Part shown: piece by piece, positions 55,201 to 64,000 of the stretch
How the letters are laid out: each line of letters begins with the position of its first letter
How positions within the stretch are numbered: position 1 is the stretch's first letter
From: Tubulanus polymorphus
Lineage: Eukaryota > Animalia > Nemertea
Direction of reading: 5' to 3'
Length of the DNA stretch: 64,000 bases
Assembly: GCF_964204645.1 (NCBI RefSeq)
Contig: NC_134031.1
Span: 3,968,001-4,032,000, forward strand
Translations under genes and position numbers: made by a program
Notes under the pieces: model-generated
Database searches by the model: none
What the model saw: the letters and a program-made list of their open reading frames with translations, nothing else
What the model was told of the DNA's origin: nothing

Positions 55201-56158
55201 CGGCTTACCAAACCCGATCTACCGTAAACTGTCTAATAAAACATGCAAGACAACCGACCTGCCAGATTTACCAGGTAGACCAACATTGCCATGAATGATG
55301 AATTCTCTTATGAGGTCTATACTCGTTACTGAAAATATGTTTTCATGGATTTAAGATACAGTTCCGGAAATTGTGAAAAAAGTGATAAACCTTATGCTAC
55401 AGCCAGAACCAGAACAGGTTCGTAGAATGGAACAACTTGAGATATTTTCTAAAACTCAGTTTACAGCATAAGACTACCCGATGTACCAACAGTAGTCTCT
55501 CAACTTCCCATGAAAAATCCCTGCTAAATAGGCTACATTAAACTCTCATTGAATGAAGCCAGTTACGATTTACATCAATAGGCTACAATATTTTGTATTC
55601 CATACTATAAATGGACTTCAAAATGTCAAGGTTATGACATAGTTCACCATTGGTATTAATTCAGTATCAATCTACAGCTCTGCCTGGACCCAGACCTCTC
55701 AGACATGCAATACATCGTTCCAATTATATTTTGGCAAGGCTTCAGCACTTCACATTACCTCAGATATTTTTGATTGAAAATGAACGTACTACTACGTAAT
55801 TTTATCACCACACTTACAAACAGTGATTGCCAGGCTGCAGATTTGATACCTCTGTTACAGGTTTTAAATAGCTTGCATTTGATTTCAGCGTGTTTCACCC
55901 CTGCAAGCTGTGAACATGTTACAAATCATTTTATGGGGACCGGACTCATGGCGAAAACCCGGAGCCGAACCACCGACCCGTACTGAAATTTTAAGCTGGT
56001 TAATGATCCTCGCGGCGGACGCTATCATGTCGAGGTTACGTTCATCTGGTTGTATCGTGAAGAACTCAGTCGGTTATCAACTCAAACAGCTCTTCCTGAT
56101 GAGAGCAGATATCGTAGATATCACAGAGGCTGTTTACCTTTTACAAGACGAGGATTGA
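52216..56158 (+). CDS. PINK1: Mitochondrial Ser/Thr kinase PINK1
   Basis: Arg-rich presequence; TM segment [10 protein letters not shown]; IGKGCNAVV; LAVKIIFNY; [35 protein letters not shown]; HRDLKSNN; DFG; [10 protein letters not shown]; KADVWAAG; C-terminal extension. Confidence 0.96.
53782..53952. mobile_element. MITE in PINK1 intron
   Basis: TIRs CAGGGGTGGATTTA / TGGATCCGCCCCTG; a related terminus CAGGGGCGGATCCAG occurs at ~11904. Confidence 0.65.
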
Positions 56159-57651
56159 AGAAATGTCTCCGAGAAACTATCACTATAAATCTGTCACAAT
56201 GTTAAACATTGTTTGGATGTGCTTTACTAGGATTCTCTACTTGTTTCGGGTCTGTGTTAGTTCATGTAAAAACTTTTAAGTTTCTTCTGCTTTTAAAAAT
56301 TGAAAATACAGTCAATTTTTTATTGGCTGTTTTTCTGGAGGTTGACTATTTAATTTCAATTGAGTAAAGTTAGAATTGGTCTATGAAACTGACCCCCAGA
56401 ATGTAGATCAATATAAATTGGTTGAAAATGAATTATTATTATACCTGGGGAATATTTGGAAATAAAATTTAAATATATGCTTGCGATTGATATAAGTTTT
56501 CTTTCTTTGTACTTTTGATTACAACTGGATTCTATTATGATATAGTCAACCCTCAATAATACTGCCCCAAACCAGTTAACGGAACATCATTATTCAGTCC
56601 TGGAACCAGTCAAAATTAAATCCTTCGTCATAGATCCGTCATTCAGGAGAAATTACCAAGCACTTGTGGGCACGATTTGAAGAGATAATGGGAGAAAAAA
56701 ATAATCAATACATAGAAATAATGTAAATAACATTTTATTAATCACTATTAAATGGCAAGAATAAAATGACAAAATACCACTAGCACCATAAGTATTGATA
56801 TTTATTTTCAGCAGTCTAATTCTAATCAAATTGTTATTTTATGATAATTCATAAGTACGTACCTTTCATACCAGTAATAAACACCATTCAATACGTGATT
56901 TAAGATACATTTAAAAAACATAGATTCAATATAAGTGCATTAACGCACGATATTATTAGCAACTTTCAGTATTTTATCTAGATCTTTCAAAATAATATGT
57001 ACAGTAAATCTTTAATAGAAAAACAAGATACAATTTTAGCAGATGAAAAGAAATGAACCAGATATTACGAGAATACCAAAAATGTCAGCAGTTTCAACCA
57101 GAAAGGCAACAAATATGGCATAAATGCAGATATACGTTAAGTATAATTATATTTAAAGGAAGAGCAAGTTATAACCTGCACCAATGATATGAGCAAGTCA
57201 GGTTAAAATAGTTCTTAACCAGTGCGCTGTAAAAGAAAGATCTAGGGGACATGATCATCATGATCATTAGCTCAGTGCTCAACTTCGAGACGGCTAACGC
57301 TTGTTCTTGGCTCCAAGGTCCATTTTTGTCCGATCTACTAACTTTAGTAAGTCTTATAAACAAATTTGGACTGGACCATGGGCTATGCTTCTGGATTCAG
57401 TTTAGCTTAATAGCTTCTTTGGTGAGAATGAGTTTTTTCATCTAAACACCTGAGAAAGGCCAAGTCGAATGTGCTCGGTTGAGTAGAACTGGGTTTATCA
57501 TTTTGATTCGCTTTTCTGAGAACAACCAAATTCAACAAACACCACTTCAAAACACTTGCCTTCTCTAAGAAACTAGATCTCACATACACAAGTACCAGAC
57601 TTGACTATAAATATGTTCTTTTAGATTAAACCGTTCCTTTTCTTACAATGG

Positions 57652-60305
57652 CTACTGATCAACCTTTGAGTTAGCTGCATTAGGAGAATTATTTTCAGTG
57701 GTTATTTCCTTTTCTATAAAATCTTCTTTTTCAGTCACTATCTGTTGTTCGCTGCGGTCTCCATTTACATCGGCCATTGTCGGCAATTTCAATTCTTTCA
57801 AATTTTCAATAACAGTTTTGTCGGGCGGGGAACACTGGTCCGTAGATAATCTACAGCTATCTGTTTCATTAACGCTAGAATTTGTAGCATCTGCTTTGCA
57901 TTCCACAGTGGTTTGGTTGTCATCTGTAGCAGGATTTTTATGACTGATCACTTGGCACGGATTTACAACTGACAAAGATGGTAAAGCAGGAACATTGCAT
58001 ATCAATTCATCTGAAAAGGAAATTGCCGGATCAAGATAATAAGATAATCTTTGAGATGGTGATAGCGCATAGTTTCTTAAGTGGACCATATAGAGTTAAT
58101 TTAACTTCAGTAATGGATTTGGGGGGTCAAGAAACGGGAGATCAGAAATCTGTTTATAGATAATTCATTATATCAGGTATTATCAAATTTCAGGGGAAAA
58201 AATGGTCGTCATAAGCAATGAATATGATGTAGCCCAGGTCCAAAACTTAAGCCCGTAAAAATTTTAGATTTCGTTGATTTGATAAACACTAACCGGTCGT
58301 TGTTTCCAGTTCGAGTTCATGCATCAGTTGAGAAAGTTTCTGAGCTTTACGCACTTCATTTTGATGAATAATCGTGTACAAATGTTCGGTTAATTCCTCT
58401 TTCAATTCGGACGCTTTATGAAGTTCCAACTTGGCGGTAATGAATTCACATTCCGCCTTTTCATAATGTTTCCTACGTGGATGATAGAAATTAACATAAA
58501 ACAATAGATTTTGTATGAACATAAGGCGAGTATACCGTGATTGAATCGAAAGAGAAACTTAACTGTGCATGTAAAAATTCTCGACAGGCTCCTTCAATTT
58601 TATCTCTCAGTATTTTGACATCGACGCTCAGCAGTGAGTCTAAATGAGTGAGCTCTTTCTGAATGTGACACAGTTTCGTACTTTCTTTTTTAGCTTTCGC
58701 TCGCCTTGAAAAATAGAAATAACAAATACCGGGGTATTGATGTGATAAAAGACAATCGTGAGATCAGCAACATTGAGATGGTAACACAGGCAAAAATCCC
58801 CAAAGTTAATATCCACCAAGGTGAAAATCCCACAAAATTCAGTTCTTCGTATCAAATAGTATTTAGTGGTGATGCCAAACATCAAACTTGAATGGACTGA
58901 AATTTATGATCTCTGCTAAGGAGGTTACTGGTATGTTTCACTGTCCATTTGTATGTAAACGAAATTCTGTGAAGATTATAGGCTAAGTTAAGCTGGATCA
59001 AGGGTATGATGAATCCCATACCTTTCCGCCAAAGCAATCATCAACTTTTCCTTATTCTTTTTGTTCAATTCTTCCATCACTTTTTGTTGTTGTTGGAACT
59101 TTTCAAGTTTCGATAGCTCTTTTCTGCAATAGCACATGGGGAAACAATTCAATAGGTTGACGAGAGTAGATTTCCCGCAATAAAAACGAATAATTCTTAC
59201 TCTCGGACATCGTCGTCTGCACATACTAATGATTCCGATTCTTCATCTTCTGTCTTTATGTTCTCTTGTTTTTTCGTTGAATCGTCGTTGCTTTCTTCTG
59301 TTATTTTGCTGCATTCTTCGATCCAATAAATAGAAAGAGAAGGGGCTGCTAACCCAACGATTTCTGTGGGCCCTAGGACCAGTTATATCTATTAAGTTAG
59401 GTGAGTGTGATTTGAACTAGCGTTATAGTTGAGTTAGTACATGGAAGATATAATCAAATGGTCCATTGCAATAGTTCTGGTACTCAGGTGTTCTAGTGAT
59501 AGTGGTAATTGGGCTTTAATTGTAATTGGCCTTTTGGATCCACAGGGGTTCTTATTTGAAGTTTGCTGGTGAACTGTAGCTTAGTTAACTTAGGGGGTGA
59601 ACTTAGATCAGCCAATATCCCATCATCTGTACATCATCCAGTAACACAGCCAGGGACCCTGGCAGTGTTACTGGATGATGTACTAGTGGGCTACAGTTCA
59701 ACCCAAAACTTCAAGTACCTGTGTTTGGATCAAATGCGGTAGGCCCTAGTTATGTTTTAACTCTGAACTGTGAGAAATTTGTTCCTGAAAATAAGCATAC
59801 CATTAGCAGGACTATTCTTGTAGCTTTCTATTACACTTTCACAAGTAATGCTGGTAGCAATGTTTTGATTGCAAGCTGTTGTTGATGATGGCCACTGTTT
59901 ACTTTTCATATCTGTTGTGGATTTTCGCTTTATTTGAGACACGTTCAAGTCTTTTTGTCTTTGCAGCTTAACTGAAATTTAAAAATTTTTCTCATCATTT
60001 ATATTGGATTATTATCTACATTTTCATGTTGGATTAAATATTATTGGCATAATATCAAAATTATCCCTATTCTTGTGTTCGGTTTAGCCGATAGATGGCG
60101 GAATGGTAAACAAGACAAGAAGAACATGTTTTCGTATTCTTATAGCTTTAACGCACAAATACAACCTTGCTGATTACACTTTTACTTTAGAAAATTTAAT
60201 TATCCGCAATATAAGTGCGGTTGAAAGTATCTTACCTGGTCGGGAGGACTTAAATTTTCTCAATTCTTCGTCGGAAAAACCTCGCCAAGAACTCCACGAA
60301 GCCAT
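57652..60305 (-). CDS. GORAB: RAB6-interacting golgin GORAB (SCYL1-BP1)
   Basis: N-terminus [19 protein letters not shown]; coiled coil [28 protein letters not shown] and [44 protein letters not shown] match the GORAB signature. Confidence 0.9.
59556..59714. repeat. Foldback element in GORAB intron; core hairpin 59629-59683
   Basis: GTACATCATCCAGTAACAC.GCCAGGG-A-CCCTGGC.GTGTTACTGGATGATGTAC, with outer arms TTGAAGTTT..GAACTGTAGC / GCTACAGTTC..AAACTTCAA. Confidence 0.8.
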
Positions 60306-61942
60306 TTTCGAGTCTCCGGTTTACAATACCGGTGTGTGGTGTGCACCTTGAATAATTTCTTTCTGTTTGTTTACGTTTATTGATGCTTCTATTATTCTTT
60401 CTATATACTTCATGTAAATCGTTACGATTCTGTTTTGCTAATTAACCGCGATCGTGCTAGTTTACTTGCTGTGTTAACTCGAATATTAGTAAAAGTAAAA
60501 TTGAGTTCCAAAACGTGGGTATGGTATTCGATTTTGAAATCGATCCCTCGCGAATGACATTTAATCGGAATCAACCCTCGATTCATTCATCCATGACAGC
60601 TTAGCTGTCACTGAGTGTAACTATTGTTAGTTGCGACGCGTACTTATGGGACTGGCGCCTGGTGGAATCGCTTCGACTTACCTGACGTGAAATTATCTCT
60701 TGAAATGTTGTGGTAGGTATCGACGATTCCATAGAATTTCATTCGATTTTTCTAGGCTACGACTGCTACGTATATCGAGGCGATCGCCGATCGATTTTTC
60801 GTACCGTCGCCGTCGGCATAACTCATTTTTTTGTCAATCGAGGAGCTCAGCAGGGGGTTGCAGGCTCTGGGTCTCTGATCTGCATGATGATCAGCAGACT
60901 TCCAGTGATCAGCTAAGGCGTTTTTATCTAGAGGTCGATTTATCATCAAATCGATTTACCAGTTCAGTTGATTCTACGCATTTCTTGATTTTTCAAATTG
61001 GGATTTAGCAAAATCAGTCTGTGCGTCTTTTTTCAAATGATTACTCAAATTGATTTGATAAATCAGGTAAATCACTCGTGATTTGGTTGATTTTTGGAGA
61101 GTCAAGATGCCGGAAAAGAATCAGTATTGAGTCGCCCAGCACTCCATAGAGGTTACAAATCCGCGTGAATTGATTCAACTGCAAATCAGCCACCATCAGG
61201 CGATGTGGATTTGTTAATCAAAAGCGATTTTCTTAGTTTAAAAAAGCTGTTTGTTCAGCATGTTTAGTTACCTATCATTGGTGGAAAGATTTTGTAATCG
61301 GATGTAGCTTATGAAAATATCCGATCTAAAACTAAACCGTAGACAGGTTACTTGCTTAACTAAAGTCTGTTTCGACTTGACTTGAGAGCACATCACGTGG
61401 CCTAGCTCGGTCAGTTTTGGTGGTGGTACATACCTGATAAAAGTCTTATTAGGACCAGAGAGGACTGGCGTTTCAAAAGTTATCAAATCGAATCGAACAC
61501 TGTATTCCACATGAGTATTCGGTATGTAGTGGGACAATTTTTTCTTCTAAGTCCAGCACTTGCAGTGCTCGATTGATAAAGTCGATCACAACGAGTTAAC
61601 TGGGATAATGCCGGGTTGGCAAGATATTCGCCGCCCCCTGGCTTTATTAATAGAACAATGCTAAATTGGTAAGATATCCATAATTTCCTACAAGTTATTT
61701 CGAATGAATTTTTTTTCAGCTGAAGTTCTGTTCTACTATGCAAAGAAATCGCTCAGGAATTCGGATTCATCTTCAACGACGAATGATAGGATCTTGACAG
61801 AAGAGAACGGGAAACATTAGAAAGACTGCTGACAGACGGACGGCCGCTCGAGAGCTGACAAGAGCGTTTTTATCGTTCGTATTATTTTATTGTGATCTGA
61901 CCGTCGTAGATATTACCGAAACTCGAAACGAAATTCGTTAAA

Positions 61943-63599
61943 ATGATGCAACAAACGATACCGGTTTTATTTCGCGTTCGAATCGACACGCAACCGAACG
62001 AGGTCGTCTGCGTCGTCGGAGATTGCGACGAGTTGGGCAACTGGGATCCTCATTGCGCGGTCGAACTCGGTCGCGACCATCGCTCGCATCAAAGGTAGGC
62101 CGAATATTCTTTGTTTCGATAGATTGAATAAGATTTGTTATGACTATTTGAACGGACTCGAAAATCCAGCAACAAGTCACAGGACGAACGATATTGCATT
62201 TCATAGAAGACCGATTTATTCTGTTGTACTGGTAACAATGAACTTTTAATTGTCGCGACGTCAACTATCCACTGGTTGACTCTAACCAACTTATAAGCAA
62301 ATGACCCCTAGTTGTTATTCATAGCCTTTTAATGATCTCCTAGGCCCGGTTTATATAGACTGGTATTACACATTTAACTCGGGGGCTAACTCAATTGAAA
62401 ATGAATTTAGTTAGCCCGAGGTTAAAGGCAACGCGTAGTCTATAAAACCGGTCCCTGGTTTTATAGTCAATTCCTATTTTCGCCTCTTTATAGCCTAAAA
62501 GCACCCAGTAGGACTACCATTATTTAACACGGACGTCGAATATTATGCTGGCGTGTTGCCAAAGATGGAATAATGCTATTAACCTCTATGATCACCAGTA
62601 ATCATTGATGAGATATCTGTCCTAGTTTAGCCATACATATATCTCCTAATACATTTTAGCTATTGCAATTAACTGAACCGTCCTTGTTTGTATTATGGGG
62701 GGAATAAATTCTAAAATGTAACCAGGGCCCAGTTTCACGAAAGAGTTAATCTCAAATTTTTGGTGTAATTGCCATTGGTTACTTCATGTTTTCAATGAGG
62801 ACAACAATTCAAACTTAACCGTTTTAGGCTTAAACTTTTTCGTGAAACTGGGCCCAGGGCCCAGTTTCACAAAAGAGTTTAACTCAAATTTTTGGTGTAA
62901 TTGCCATTGGTTACTTCATGTTTTCAATGAGGACAATAATTAAAAACTAAACCGTTTTAGGCTTAAACTTTTTCGTAAGACTGGGCCCTGGCATTTCTCT
63001 TGCACTTCTCAAAACTAACAAGCCAATAAATACTGTAGAACCAAAATTCATGTAAAGCATAAATCATGACCTTAATTAAAGACTTGTTTTTAGATACTCA
63101 ATCAGGTTCGTCACTGGTTGGTTAGAGTGCACAGGTGAACAAACACCTTTGTAATAATGCAATTTCATTTGTCACTATAGCATTTATCCACCAGTTAACT
63201 TTAAGTGTAGCTTAATATGAGCAACTGGCCTCTGGGCCCAGTTTCACGAAAGAGTTAAACTCAAATTTTTGGTGTAATTGCCATTGGTTACTTCGTGTTT
63301 TCAATGCGGACAACAATTCAAACTTAACCGTTTTAGGCTTAAAATTTTTCCTGAAACTGGGCCCTGATCCGGATTTTAATGAGTGTGAATTAAAGACGAC
63401 CATTTGTTTATGTCGTTGTTTTTTTCAATCTCATTCAGCGAGATCTGGTCGCGAGAAATCCGCGTGAAATCGGCCGACATCAAGTATCGATACTTCACGT
63501 GTTTCCTCAAGCAACCGGATAACGAAGACGATAAACAGGTCGATGTTATGATTACGCGATGGGAGACGAATATTCGTCCTCGACGATTCCACGCATTTG
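61943..63599 (+). CDS. GPCPD1: Glycerophosphocholine phosphodiesterase GPCPD1/GDE5, first two coding exons (CBM20 domain); continues past the right edge
   Basis: Exon 61943-62094 (VCVVGDCDELGNWDP) and exon 63439-63599 (IKYRYF..VMITRWETNIRPR); the WET..PR motif is typical of the GPCPD1 CBM20. Confidence 0.82.
62342..62458. mobile_element. Short MITE
   Basis: GGCCCGGTTTATATAGACT / AGTCTATAAAACCGGTCC. Confidence 0.6.
62724..62990. mobile_element. Two head-to-tail ~130-bp MITE copies (third copy at 63232-63366), Harbinger-like with CWG flanks
   Basis: GGCCCAGTTTCACGAAAGAG ... TTTTCGTGAAACTGGGCC repeated; copies nearly identical; separated by CAG. Confidence 0.85.
63232..63366. mobile_element. 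Third copy of the GGCCCAGTTTCAC MITE
   Basis: Near-identical to 62724-62856. Confidence 0.85.
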
Positions 63600-63611
63600 G
63601 TGAGTGAATGA

Positions 63612-63697
63612 AATAATACAGCGTGCCCACGCTTACCCATCCCCTCCCTCGGCAGGGATTCGAACCTGATCGCATCGCTAGACTCAGCCACGGCACG
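63612..63697 (-). mobile_element. Possible tRNA-derived SINE fragment
   Basis: Minus strand shows an A-box-like GTGGCTGAGT and a B-box GGTTCGAATCCC; spacing is too short for a full tRNA cloverleaf. Confidence 0.35.
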
Positions 63698-63716
63698 AAA
63701 CCCTGTCGCACTAGAC

Positions 63717-63862
63717 CAGGGGCCGGTCGCATAGTCATGGTTTAGACTAACACCAGTCTAAGACCAACTTAGTTCTATAGCCTATTTAACAACTTAAGAC
63801 AAGTCTTAAGATTTAAGATCGCTTTTGGACATAAGTCACGACAACTGTGCAACTGGCCCCAG
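63717..63862. mobile_element. MITE
   Basis: TIRs GGGGCCGGTCGCATAGT / ACTGTGCAACTGGCCCC with CAG flanks. Confidence 0.7.
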
Positions 63863-64000
63863 GTGTGCAGGTTTGCTTGCAGCACCAATCAGATTGCGCG
63901 TTGTATAATTGCCGAGACGCTAAATAATTACTGGAAAAACCCAGGCTAGAATTAAACGGGATATCTAATTCTTTGCGGGTCAATGAAAACAATATGCACG

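Noticed and set aside
60700-61743. Short ORFs between GORAB and GPCPD1
   Set aside because: No homology recognised; most likely the divergent promoter, 5' UTR or intron of GPCPD1.
62724-63366. CRISPR-like repeat array
   Set aside because: Eukaryotic context; the units are ~130-bp TIR elements without unique spacers.
63612-63697. tRNA gene
   Set aside because: A B-box is present but no cloverleaf can be built; at best a SINE fragment.

Overview
AT-rich, intron-containing animal genomic DNA with a compact gene layout. It is an invertebrate, most consistent with a lophotrochozoan (inference from gene content; species not determined). Exons were joined by hand at GT-AG/GC-AG boundaries. Genes in order: 5' part of trifunctional GART (-), with an intact two-exon P2X7-ballast/KolX-like gene nested in one intron; a kinase-less RHIM + death-domain adaptor (IMD-like, -); a zinc MDR alcohol dehydrogenase lacking class III signature residues (-); an intronless Ras-family GTPase with a degenerate G3 box (-); Lhx3/4 (-); an astacin-ShKT protease (+); tyrosine decarboxylase (+); three tandem double-CTLD C-type lectin genes, the middle one frameshifted and carrying a LINE (+); PINK1 (+); GORAB (-); and the start of GPCPD1 (+). 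Introns and intergenic DNA hold many MITEs, foldbacks and LINE remnants. The most striking observation is a ~134-aa acidic insertion in the PINK1 kinase N-lobe with three tandem optineurin-like LIR motifs ([21 protein letters not shown]). This suggests a PINK1 that might recruit ATG8/FIP200 directly. The nested ballast-domain gene and the canonical-RHIM adaptor are the next best leads.
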